A stretch of DNA of 64,000 bases, taken from contig JAAOMT010000134.1 of the NCBI GenBank assembly GCA_016748015.1, positions 626,757-690,756 on the forward strand, read 5' to 3'. Source of the stretch: Geosiphon pyriformis uo1 (lineage: Eukaryota > Fungi > Glomeromycota). The notes beneath the pieces are model-generated. The model ran no database searches, had not been told where the DNA came from, and saw nothing but the letters and a program-made list of their open reading frames with translations. Every line of letters starts with the position of its first letter. The first letter of the stretch is position 1. Of this stretch, positions 14,101 through 27,241 are shown piece after piece. A program made the position numbers and the translations under genes.

Positions 14101-15035
14101 TTGACTGGAATTTTTTTGACAATTATTTCCCAATTCAAATGACTGCTTGGCTTTCTAACATTATTGTTTACCAAAATTTTTTCACAGATTGCCATTTCTT
14201 TAGCCTTATTCAAGTTCAATTTCAAAGTAAATAATAATCTGATAATTTCTGGAAATTTTGAAGGAGCAGAAGCTCCCCCAAAACCATCAACTTGATAAAA
14301 AATTTTTTTTATTGAAATTAATTTGTCATTAACAGATTTTTCTGGAACAGCCAAAAGCTTAATATCTAATGTGAATGATTTTACTGGCTTAAAGCTCCTC
14401 TTATCCAAACCACATGACTTGACATACAGCAACTAATTAAAACTTTTAAACTTAGAAAAAGAAAGCTCTAAAACATTATTATTATTACTCATATTGTCAA
14501 ATAAAAGAGCTTTCAGTAGATAGCCCAATACATAGATTTAAGTTCAAGTTTTCCTTAGAGTAGTTTCGCCCATGTTCTTATTACCAACAGAATTGTCTAA
14601 ATCTGTGTAACTTGTTTCTTTTACAACCATGTTTTTCATATTCTCCAAATCAAAAAGATTGCTAATACTACCCTTGATGCTGCCTACTTCACTCCTTCAG
14701 AACATCACAGATTTGTCATCATTGTTACTAATATTCACCAAATTCAATGAATTAGCAAACATGTTAACAATACTATTGACAACAGACTTCTTAGACTTTT
14801 TGTAAGATACATCATGAAAATAAACATTGTCCACACATTTCTTCTTGGCATTTAGATGGGTCCCCAAACTAGTTGAACCAGAGCCAAAAACACCAGTGAC
14901 CACATTCACCAGTTCTATCATGACAAAATTAAGTGTGTTTGAAGAAATAACTAAAGTAACAAGGAGAAAAAGAAAAAAGAAAGCTAAAACTTCAAAATTA
15001 TTTTTTGCTCCTATTGTGGCCAGGGGATTGACAAG
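8151..15035 (-). mobile_element. Near full-length degenerate LINE copy 2 (ORF1 ~12970-14921; ORF2 ~8288-12973: APE endonuclease, RT, RNase H, C-terminal Cys/His finger; 3' UTR and poly(A))
   Basis: Poly-T at ~8151-8160 is the poly(A) tail on the minus strand. Motifs: WKFATCN, GNFNE, DTDHKAV (EN); AGVFVDDT (RT, ~10655-10682); MAELQTIAL, DSQA, WIKVKKHS..GN (RNase H); LCLLCNDVEFLDHAFTC. ORF1 has RRM-like segments and a Cys/His knuckle near 13620-13660. Confidence 0.93.
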
Positions 15036-16110
15036 AAAAAAAAAATTTATATTATTTATTAATATTTTGTAAAAACAATTAATAATATTTTTGTAATTTT
15101 GTTAAATTTAAATACAATAAAAATTATATGTCTAAATATTTTAGTTTTTATAATTAATATTTAATATTAAAATAAATTTTTTATGTTTTTTTGGTTTTTA
15201 ATTAAGTTTTAATTTTAATTTTTAAGTTAAAACAATTAATAAATTCTAATTTTTTTATTACCAAAAATTAAAAATTAAATATCTAAGTATTAATTCTGTT
15301 TTTAATATTCAATTTTGTTTTTGGTTTTAATTATATTATCGAAATTTAATTATTAAATCTGGTTTTAATATAAGTACAAAAATATTAATTAATTTATTAA
15401 AATACTGTATTTATTAAAAATTATTATTAAACAATTTATTAAAAAGTATTAGTTAAAAAATTTAAAAGATAATTTTTGTTGTTAATAAACATTAAAAATT
15501 TATATTATGTAATTATTCTTGAATTATTTTAATTATAATTGTATAATCTACTAATTAACTAAAAAACTTATATTTAAAACTATTAATAATTAATAATTTA
15601 ATAATTTCTTTAATTAAAACTTTAATTATTTTACAAATAATTCAATTTTTATATTTTATAATATAATAATAATAAAAAAATAAGCTAAAATTTTTTAATA
15701 ATAAATTAATAAATAAATATTTTGAATATATTAATATATTTGACAAAAAAAAACCAATTTATTTTTAAAATATTGTTTATATTATTTTTTTATAAAAAAT
15801 AAACCATTTTTATTTAAATTAATTTACAATTTTCTAAAATTAAAATCAAAAATTTTTTAAAAAAAAACCTCAAAAAAAATTCATTTATTATTTTAAATTT
15901 TTTGCAAATAATTTAATTTTTTTTAACTTTGTATTAATTATTAAAATTTTAAATAAATTTTAATTAAAAATTTGTATTTATTAATTTTAATTACAAATCT
16001 GTTAAATTATTTATATTTTGTTTATATATTTACTAAAATTAATTTTTAAAATACTTATAATTTAATATAAATACATAAAAAAAATAAATACAAAAAAATT
16101 TATTAAATAT

Positions 16111-19100
16111 TATTATCAAAAAATTTTCTATTTTTTTTTTAATATTATTAATATTGTTTTGCTATTAATTCTGCTGTTTAATAGAAATCAGTAAATCTTT
16201 AATAAGCTAATTTTTCTTCCAAAGTATTTTTTATACTTTAAACTATGTGTATTATTAGGCTTATAATAGAATAACCAATTTTGTGCCAATTATTTGTATA
16301 GTTATTTTTTTTTTTATTTGCTTAATGAGTGCAGCCCAAAAACAATCTAGTACCATACATCAAAAAAATGATCTAAACTATATGTTAATCATATGCTTTC
16401 TACACATGACTAGTTACTCAGACCAATCAAGAACACACTATACTGAAATAATAGAAGGTGAGAATAATCCCAACCCACAAATTTTTTTAATAATACCATT
16501 CAGATTTCTAGAATCAAAAATAAACTCACTAAGAAATAATCTAGTAGATTTAACACTACTTTTAATCTCAGCACCTGACATCTGCCACAAAGCTATAACA
16601 TGTTCAACAGTGTTTTCACTTAAGAGAAAAGGTTTGGCAGCCTGTATATTATCATAATCCATGCCACCAAAGTCAACTTCAAATCTAAGACAAGCAATGT
16701 CTTTAGACACACCAACTATAAGATTGGCAAAATTATTAAAAGCATATTTTATAGAAAGAAGATCTTTTTCAACCTAAACAGTTTTAATAGTATTATTATC
16801 AAGGAGACGAGATACCAAGACAACCAAAGAGCCAACAGGCTCAACAATAGACTTTACTAAAGCAGCCAAATCCGAATTTGCTTTTCCAAAGAGTCCAATC
16901 TGGACCTAACAGCAGGATCAACAATAGCTACAGAAGAGGCAGAAGTCACCAAAGGAGGAAATTCAGACATAACAGAGGGAGCAAACACCTTAACATAAGA
17001 CAAAAAACCAACAAAGCATAGTTTGAACACCTTGGGAACCTTAGAAAAAGAAGATAAAGCAACTTTACAGTCTACAGCCAAGTGACCTGTTTCTTAATAC
17101 TGAAAACAATGCCAACAATCAAGAGTCTCCCACGAGATACAGCATTTTCTAAGCATACCAGTTTTGGTAACAGCAAGGTTCAAATCAGCTTGGGAGCCAA
17201 ACATAACTAGAGTAAAGTAGAAACAATAACCAGAATCAAGAGACTGAGGAATGAAACAAGACTGGCCACCAACCTGAGAAATCATATCACTGATTTCAAA
17301 GGCAGTACAGCCAAGAGAAAGGTTGACCAACTTGGCCTTAAATCTATCACAAGACAAAATAGTCTTATTTTGATTCACCAAAAGAAGGATTCTAACACTA
17401 TCTTTGCCCACCAATACTGACCAATAATTCAAAGCAGACACAGCAGAGTTCAACTTTTCAAAATAGACCACCATATACTGCCAAACACTAGCAGGCTTTA
17501 GCACAATACGAGTAACACTACCAAACACACTGAGAGCTGTCTTAATGTCAGCAGCAGACACACCCAAGAGCACATCACACAGTGCAACAGCAGTAGAAGG
17601 GGAACCAGACTTAGAAACCACCAAAGACTTGGCAATTTTAAGAGTGGCAAGACAAACAGAGCTTGTAAGCTTAACTAAAAACACAGCATCTAAAGAGGTT
17701 TGAGAAGCAAATTCCACACAAAAAAGCTTCACATTGTCTTTTGAAACAGACTTAGCACCCAAAAAACCATGTACAGACTGAAAAACAGCCTTAACATGAG
17801 CCAATTTGATTTTAAAAGTAGCACCAGACACCAGAGTGAAGACCACCTATTCAGCAAATCTCTGACAATTAATAATAGTTTCCCAAGCACTATCAGAAGT
17901 AGCACCAGAAACTAGAGAAAAAGATAATTCAGTCTTTATTTGATCAGCCCAGTTTTTAAGAACAGATGACCCAACAAGAGGAGATTGTTTTGCTTCCAAA
18001 ATTGGCGATGATCTGTCAGAAGACACCACATTTGGCAACACAGCCAGTAGTTGATCTTGGCCCATCTTGGATGATGTGCTGGATGATACTACAGAAATCT
18101 CATCTAAGATCTCATTGGGAACCACAAAGTGGTTCAGTGTAACAATAGCAGAGATAAGCAACTGCTCCCACTTTTCTGAACTTTTGGTCTTTTTGATCAT
18201 TTTTTTTGAAGAGGTGATGCTAGCAGTACCAGATGTAGAAGCTATGAAAAAGAAGACCAGCTTGTTAACTGGTCTATTATTAAACACTTTTGGGCTCTTA
18301 GTAGGGATGAAGGCAACACTGAGACTAATCCAAGTGTGTCTCTTTGAGGGAACTTTGACTGGTGAAAAACCAGCCAAAGGTGAGGAAATTGCTTCAATGG
18401 CTACCAAAGGCAGCTTATCATAATTATTGGGTAAAGAAAAAACTTCTAAAATGTTCTGCCTCATTGCTTCTACAACAGAGAGAGCTCCTCTGATTGAAAT
18501 TTTATTAGATATTTTGGGACAGATATCAGGTGCAGCTTTTTTACTCTTTGCTTTGATCATGATCATAAAATTAAGGAAACAAAGAGTTTTTTGTTATTTT
18601 ATAATAAAAATTAATTCTTTTACTAAAAAATTTTATCTGTAAGCTTTTCAAAATATTAGTATGGAATAGTTAATTTCACAATAAAAATAATTAAAAATTT
18701 TTATGTTTTCAAAGTAAGTTTTATTGAAATTAATTTGTATAAAAAATACTAAAAAAGTTATTAATTATAATTAAGATATTTTTTGAAAAAAAAAACTTTT
18801 TTTTTATACAATTTGTTATAGTATTATTTTATGATCTAATACTCTTTTTTTTTCTAATTTTTAGTAAATTAAAGATATATTTTATAGAATTACAAATTAT
18901 TTCTATAAACTATAAATTATTTTGATAAACTGTTAAATATTTTATTAAATTACTAAATATTTTAGTAAATTTTAAATGTTATATAGTTTAATATATTGCA
19001 TAATCTGATTATTATAATTTAGTTACATTTGTGTTTTATATAAATCAAATTATTAATTAAATAATAATTCAAATAATTTGATAAGATAATAAGTAATAAA

Positions 19101-19186
19101 TTAAAATAATAATATATGCTAATTAATAATAGAAATTAAAAAAATAATTTCATATTAAATAATATCTCAAATTTTGGCTGATAATA
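16111..19186 (-). mobile_element. Decayed solo LTR (family A) hosting the ORF1-only element
   Basis: 16111-16308 and 18593-19186 align with 5258-6261 and 54611-54977. Decayed termini TATTATCA...CTGATAATA; flanks ATAT/GTAT. Confidence 0.75.
16309..18592 (-). mobile_element. Non-autonomous ORF1-only retroposon (HAL1-like): one disrupted gag/ORF1-like ORF (~18566-16438), LINE-type 3' UTR and poly(A)
   Basis: ORF pieces 17847-18566, 17094-17846 and 16857-17081 are in one frame, separated by single stops; a terminal piece lies at 16438-16710. RRM-like segments (LFCVEFAS, YMVVYFEK) and a decayed CX2CX4HX4C knuckle (CFQY*ETGHLAVDC). No EN or RT. TSD GTTATTTT at 16301-16308 and 18593-18600; the empty site is visible at ~54791-54820. 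Confidence 0.85.
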
Positions 19187-19548
19187 GTATATTATAATTA
19201 TTTTAAATATTTAATTATATTATTAAGTTAACAAATAATTTTTAAAAAAATTACTTATATTAATTTGTTATATATTATTTTAATAATATTTTTATTCATT
19301 CTAAAAATCAAAAAAAAACTATAAAAAACATAAATATTTTGTTTTTAAATAATTATAAAAATATTAATTATAAATTAAACTTAAAAAATACAAATTTAAT
19401 TAAGTTTTTTAAATATAAGTTTTTTAAAAATATTTTAATAAATAACAAAAAAATCCAAACAATTTTAAATTAAATAACATTTTTTTTAATAAAAAATACT
19501 TAAATTTTTAGAATTTGTTAATTTTTATTGATAATTTATTAAAAACTA

Positions 19549-22500
19549 TTTTTTTTTATTAAAGAATTTAATGAGCAAAGTCCAATTACTATCTAGTACA
19601 TAGAGCCAAACTAAGAGGCCCAAACTAAATATGATTCATGTGGTTACTACATGTGGCTAGTCATTTAGACCAGTCAAGGCAATATTACACACCTATAATA
19701 ACTTGTATACCACCTCCCAGACCAAAAAAGAAACTACATGGCTTCTAATAACCAAAGCTAACAGCAAAAAACTTAGCCACACTGAGCAACCTAACAACAC
19801 CATCAGAAAACAAAAAAGACACATCACAAGAAAGCCCAGAAACAACACCACCATCTTGAACCAAACCAGCCTTCTCCATCACTACCTGGTGGTTAGATCT
19901 CACCAACCACACCTTAGCACAATACAACTCCACAATAAATCTTATAAAATCAATAATCTGAGCAACAGCCAATTTTCAGTCATCAAAAACACAACAAGTC
20001 TCTCTATACCACTCATCCAGCACAAATCTTTTGTAGACCAAAGCATACAACCCGAGATTGATAGAACATTAAGATAGTACCCACAACACAGCAGATAAAA
20101 AACAATCAAAAACACCAGCCAAAGCAGACCAATGAGCAGAAACCTTAGCCAACATCTCATTGTGAATGTCAGATTCATGAACACAAGTAAAAGCATAGTC
20201 AGAAAACTCCACACCACCACACAGCAGACACAGCACACTAGGGTAACATTTATTATATAGCCTCTTCCTGACCACTACCAGCAATCTCCTGTACACAGCT
20301 TTTATCATATAAGAGCAGAGTGTTGAAGACTTGTGACTAGTAAAACCAGCAAGCATATGAGAATCAGAATGTCACACTCTTGCAGTAGCAACCCAGTCTA
20401 CACAACCAATCATTGCATCTGGAACCACATTGCAGCCAGGACCAGCTTCCCAACAAGCACGACAAACAGACCAAAAAATATCCCAGACAAAATGACAGAC
20501 ATTACCAAAAACAGCAGTATCTTCAGCAACCAGAAAATGTTTACACATATTGGCCAACAGTAAAAAGGAAGACCCAGAGGCAACTCTAGCAGCCAAGTTG
20601 GCTCTTACATTACCAAGAATCCCAAAATGGCCTTTAACCTTAGCCCAACTTACATTAAGATCCTTATCCTTGACCAAATTAAAAATATGACACCTCTCAA
20701 GCCAGCATTGATTACAGAAATCAGGGGGAGCAAGAAACATCTCAGATACACATGCGTCAATGATAGCCTGACTGTTAAGATGTAACACCACAGTACTAAA
20801 AGAAAGAACACATTCCAAAGACAAAGCAATAGCCTGTAATTCAGCCATAGTAGAAGACAAAAGGCCCCAAACTGCAACACCAATGCTCAAATCCAAGGCC
20901 AAAAAATATGCAGCAGCACCATTAGCAACCTTAGTAGAGCCAGTATTCTTTAAGAACCTATCTGTATAAACTTTAAAAAAGTCCGACTAAACATCATGCA
21001 ATCTATCCTTTATAGCAGAAAACTTACTAGACCCCAATACATTCAGTCCATGTAGCTTTACAAAACCAGTAGTGCCAGATGATGAAAACCTCTTACCTAG
21101 AAAAAACTCAGATACAACCACGAACCAACAAGACACAAGACCACATGGATCTAATCTCTTCTAATGGCAAAAAGTTTTTCAATCCAACAAGCCACCTTTC
21201 TTATCAAAAAGTTGATTACCAAAGGCAACACCAAAATGTCTGAGAGATTTGACTGAATCAAAATACAGAAACTTTCCAAGAATAGAAGACAAAAAAAAAT
21301 GGCCAGGATTATGAAAAGCAGTGGGAAGATTGTTTGCCAAAGACAGCTCATTGTCCAAAAAGATCCTAACCAACCCAGCCAGAAAATTGTTTACTGGACT
21401 AACATATAACCTGACAGGAAACTGCAAAGAGTCCAAAGAGGCCCAATCCAGAACTTGCAAATCCAAAAATCTATGACTAAACAAACACCCAAGAATACCA
21501 GAAGCATTAGAGAACATTATCAGAGCAGCCACCTTCTTTTCAAACTGCACCTGCTTAAAAAGTTTCAGGCTATACAATGAGAGATAATGCAAAGCAGCAT
21601 CAGGAAAGTCACGAGGAAGACAAGCTTTAGATCTAATGCCCTTCTTAACCAATACATCCCATTTGTGACAAACATTAGAAGGGACAAAGCTAAACTGAAT
21701 ATGATAACTGACAATAGGCTGCAAAACAGCTGAAACCAAATACAAGAACTGCTTATCCATAATAGCCTTTCTAAGCACAATGTTAACAAAGAAACAAACA
21801 TTAGCATAAGCTTTGGCAACACTCAGTTTAGACAATCTCTCAGTAAACAAAAAGATACCCAGGTAGTAATGTGTCTCGCCCTTCTTAGCAATTAAAATAG
21901 GCTGCCCACAAATACTCAATGAAGCAACTTTAACACCCTAATTAATAGGAATAGCTACTGTTTTCTCACTGTTGATAAAAATATTATTGACCTCAAAAAA
22001 CTCACTGGCAATGTTCAAAGCATACTGAGTAAAGGCTTGACAATTCCCAACCCAGATTGTATCATCAACAAAAGCACTAGCTGAAAAATACGAAATGAAA
22101 TTTCCACTACTCTCAATCCTTCCAGTCTTCGAAACAAACCTAGTGTCAATTCAATACTCACACAATTGTTTATGCCTCTTGACTTTACACAAAAAAGGGT
22201 CATAAAAGATCCTCCACAGAAGTGGTGAAAAGACCTCACTCTGATCTAGTTCATTATGAACCCTATAACCACCAGACAAACCAAAGTCAGTCATCATCCT
22301 GTTAACTTTGTCCTCATGAATACTGCCAAAAAATCTAATAAATCTATCACACATCTTGATATGCTGTAAGCTAGCTCTTAAATAATGTCATCCTATTGAA
22401 TCATAGGCTTTTTGCATGTCCTGTAGAACCAATCACACTTCCCTATTCTTTTCAAGAGCATCTTCAACTATTGACCCAATAGCAAACACCAAAGATTGTG

Positions 22501-24856
22501 TGGACATACCCTTCAACACCAAAAAATTGTCACCTTAAAGCACATTAAACTTGCTACAAGCCACCAAAATATAATTAGACAGAATCTTAGAAAGGATCTT
22601 TCTGGCAGTTTCAATTAAAGCAATGGGCTGAGTGTTCATAAGAACTCCATTTCAGTCATAAAGCTTAGGAATTATCAAAACCCATGCTTTTTTCTACAAA
22701 GCAAACACCAAACCAACAGCCAAACACACATTTAACAGCTCCAACAAGCATCTCAGAGCCACCTCACTACTATGTTTCCATAGCTCATTCAGAATACCAG
22801 ATAAACCAGCAGCCTTGCCATCAGGCAGACTAAAAACAACTGGAAGCAACTCATCTATATTGACTGCACACATAACACTAGAAAACGCGTTATCTCAAAC
22901 ATATTTCAAAGGTGCATACTGATGGGCCCAAAGGTCAAGGAGTACTGAAAGCACTGAGTGCTTCCTTGTCTATCCTTCCATGATCTTGTTCACACCCAAC
23001 TTTACCTCCTTAGGTTTTAAAATCAGTTTATTATTAACCACTAAGTGATCCAACATCACCTTACAAAAGAGTTTGTCCAACACACTTCTGATCATACTAT
23101 TTTTATCTGAACAGAAATTTTCCATGTGTCTCTCAATTGCCTTTCTAATAGAAGCTTCCTCAGCCAACCTTGACTTAAACATTTTTGACCTTTTGTAGTC
23201 TCTGTGGACCAATGACAAATGTTTAATAATAACTTCAAACTTCACATCCAAGTAGAATAACACATCAAAAGCATGAGCCTTGGTATCATCCAAAGTTAAC
23301 CACCTACTCACTAGACAATCAATCTCAGACAAATCATCAGAGTGCTTTGACGATCTTAGCCACCAACAATTCCAAACCAAAAAACTTAGAAGAATGTTTG
23401 TTCCTCGAACACCTAAATTCATTAAACCAATGTTTCAAAAATGTTGTATCAGCAGACTCTACCACAGCTTCCTCCAAAACTGCCCACATAGCATCCATAT
23501 TCCCATGTGATTCAGCACCAGAGAACAACTCACTCAACAACATGAGCTTGACTAACAAGAGATTTCTGAACTTGGCCCATTGAGCACAGTCAGCATCCTT
23601 GATTTTGAACTTCTAATAATTCCTGTTTGCCTGTTTGTTGTTCAAATGAACATCCAGGAGTCCACCTAAGCCGACTGACACTACCACAACCACTCTGTGG
23701 TCAGTGTTAAAGAAATCTGAGACTGAGGCAACCTTATGATCAGCAACAGCAGACAATAAGTTCTCACTAACAAAAATGTAATCAATCATTTTTTCAATCC
23801 CCCTTGAGTTGCTCTACATAGGAGTCCCATTCAAATGAAAACCAACAAATAAATTGACCAAACCCAAATCCAAACAGAATTTGAAACTTGTACTTTTACT
23901 AGATCCATTTTCATTAAAGTTCCCACCCAAAACAACAAAAGTGCTAGAATTAACAGTCTTCACAATGAGAAAGTTAACTTCAGAAGCCTGAACAAACTTG
24001 ACCCCAGAAGAGGCATCTGCATACAACTCCAGAAAAATAACTGAAAGCTTGCCCTTAAACAAGAGCTGAACAGAAATAACCTGACCGGAAACCTCCTCCA
24101 CCTTAGAAACATAATGAGCTAAGGAACTGTTCATAATAATAGCCACCCCAGTACCAAGAAACCCCTTATCCAAACCTGACGTGAAAACATAGACACCATC
24201 AAACCTATCAGCAATCCAAGGTTTAATGCTAGAGCACAACTTGGTTTTTGTAATAAAAGACATTATATTGCTTAATTTTTTATGCCAATTGACAACATCC
24301 CCTTGTTTAATAGAAACAGTCAGACCACGAACATTACACATAGCAAATTTCCAAACCAAACTGCTCATTGGGAAGATTGAGGGAGCAAAAAACCAGCACC
24401 AGTACACAAAAAATCTAATCTCACCAAAACCATACTAATAGAAACATCCAAAGCTGACAATTTAGATTCCAAACCACCCACCTTAATAATTAAAACCTTA
24501 GAAATGCTAGAACCAAAACCAGCATCTGACACATCAGCAATTAAAGAAAGGGGTTCAAAAGATGCCAACATGCTATCCACAAGCATATCCGAGTTCAAGA
24601 CTGACACCTTAGGCACAATAACAGCCAGCAAAGAAACACAAAAGAAAGGTGCCAAAGACACCAATTCAACACCATTCAATCTTCTTAAAATATCTAACAC
24701 TTGATCCGCCAAAAGCTTTAAAGAGCATTCCAAAGCCACCAAACAATTACTCAAACCAGAGACATCAAGAGAAGAAGACACCAATGACAATGGTTTCCTA
24801 CCAGAAGACAGACCAACACCAGAAAAGACTGAAGAAACCACATAAAAACTATTCAA
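19549..24856 (-). mobile_element. Degenerate LINE copy 3 (ORF2 ~19685-24368 complete in length; only the 3' part of ORF1 is recognisable)
   Basis: MSSLVWKFAMCNVRG (EN start), PLLWRIFYDP and ASAFVDDT (RT), STMAELQAIALSLEC and WAKVKGHFG (RNase H), LCLLCGGVEFSDYAFTC; 3' UTR and poly-T at ~19549-19684. Confidence 0.93.
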
Positions 24857-24859
24857 TAT

Positions 24860-26949
24860 ATAATAATATTATTAATTATTTTAACAAAAAAAAATTGTTT
24901 ATATAAATTTTTTAAGTTAATAATATATTTAAATTTTTAAACAAGTTTTTATTTTATTTTTTTATTATTTTATACTAATCTTATTAAACTATATATTATT
25001 AAAACCATTGTTTTAAATTTTATATTTGGATTATTTTACAATTATAATTAAATTATTAATTATATTTTATTGTTTTTTATTTATGAAAATTTTTTGTTTA
25101 AAAAATTATAATAAAAACTTTTGATAATTATTGCAGTTTTTAAATAATAATAATAATATTTTATTAATATTTAGCATTTATTACAATACTTTTTTATATT
25201 ATTTGAAATTTAAATTTAAGATTTATAATTAATAAAAAATTATATTACTTAAAACTAAATATTAAAATTGCTGTTCTTTTTTTTTATGTATAAATTTAAA
25301 TCTTTTAAAAATAATTATATTTAAAAAATCATTAATAATCTTTTAAAATTTAATTTATTAATTAAAAAATAAAAATATATTAAAATATTTTTATTTATAA
25401 TAATAAATTTATATTTTAAAAAAACTAAAACATTTACAATTTTAAAAAAAAGTTATAATAATCTGTTTATTAAGTATTTTGAAGTTAATAAAATTTTAAG
25501 TTAATTATTACAAAATTTTAATAATTATAACAAAAAAAAATTTGTTAAAAATTATGTTAAATTATATAATATTAGTTTTTTATTATTAACTTTTTGGTTT
25601 ATTATAATGTTATATTATTTTAAAATAATTTTTATGAATTTTATAATAAATTTATTTATAATTAAAAAAAATTGTTATAGTAATAATAGATTATTTAGCC
25701 AAAATAATTTATTTTATTTTATGTTTTAAAATTATAATTTTAAAAAAAATAAATAATTTAATTAAGTTTTTAAAATATTATTGAATTATACAGTTTTTTA
25801 AATAAATTTATTTTGAATTATAACTATTAATTTGTGTTTTAATTTTGAAACTATTTTTTCGAAAATTTTAATATTAATATTTTATTTTTAAATCAATAAA
25901 CAAATTAAATATACTTAATAAAATTTTAGATTTTAAAAAAAATTAAAAAACAAATATGATATTTAATTTTTTAAAAGAATATTTCATTTTAAAAACTATT
26001 TAAAAACTTGTAAAAAATACAATAAATACATTTCAATTAGTTTAAATATTTAAATAAATTAGTTTAAATTAAAAAATATTATTTTTAAAATAATATTATA
26101 GACAATAAACAATTATAAAAATTTTAAATCATTTTAGAATATTTTTAGTTAACTTATCAATTTGGTTAATAAGTAATTTAAAATTTTTTAAATCTAAAAA
26201 TTAAATTTATTTTTAATTTATTAAGTAAATTAATTATAAATTAAAACTTTTTGTTTGGTTTTTTGTATTTGTTTACAAATTTGCTTAATTATAATATTAA
26301 TAATTAATAATATAATTATTATGTTTGTTTTAATATTTTTATAATAATTAATTAATTTAAAAATAAATAAATATAATAAAAATTAAATAATTAAATAATA
26401 AATAAATAATTAAATACAGAATTTATTTTAATATTTTTTTCATAAAAAAAAAAATTGGTAAATATTTTATTTTTTGCTATTATTATATTTGTAATATATA
26501 TTTTAAAATAATATTATAATTATTTTTAAAGTATTTAATAATTTATTACTGTTAAATTAAATTTTGTTAAGTTTGTAATAATATGTTGATTTGTTTTGAA
26601 AACTTATTTTTAAATTTTTTTAAAATTAAAAAACAAATTTATTTAAAACTTAAAAGATTGAAATTAAGATTAATTTTAATAAAATTAAGAATTAATTAAC
26701 TTTGAAATTATTAATTGTTTTAATAAATTGCATTTGAAATTTTAATTGTTAATTAATATTTTTTTTAAAACAAATTAAAACAAATAATTAATAATAAATG
26801 TAAAATAATAAAATAATAATAATAATATTGAATTAATGCTTAAATATAAGAAATAAATTACTTTTTGTTATATGTAATTACTTAATTTAATTAAAAACAA
26901 ATATCAAAAATAAAAAACCATTAAAAATCAAATCAGGTATTTTGTAACA
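24860..26949. mobile_element. Extremely AT-rich decayed repeat block, possibly LTR-element remains, ending in TGTAACA
   Basis: Almost no G/C; begins where LINE ORF1 stops being readable; ends in an LTR-like terminus GTAACA (26944-26949) immediately before normal genic DNA. Confidence 0.4.
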
Positions 26950-27241
26950 ATATAAAACATCAATATATATATATACTTTTTTTAAATTAGTAAATGAATT
27001 CAAAAGATCCTCAACACACCATAATACTAAAAAAAAAAGACAATTGCATTAATAACTTGTAAATTTCGGTCTCATCTCATTAACATTTCATTGTTATGAA
27101 TCTTTTTAACGAGAACCTGTTCAAAATATTTTTGAAATGGGAAAAGAAAAGAATCTGATTTTAAAGGGTATAGGCGGCGAAAAATCTCGCCTTCAACAGT
27201 TTGCTAGGCCAGAAAAATATCTATTCCGACTTGTTTCCTTT

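Noticed and set aside
2255-24906. Plus-strand ORFs overlapping the LINEs (e.g. 12309-12719, 18067-18423, 19703-20077)
   Set aside because: Antisense shadows of the minus-strand retroelement frames; not conserved between copies.
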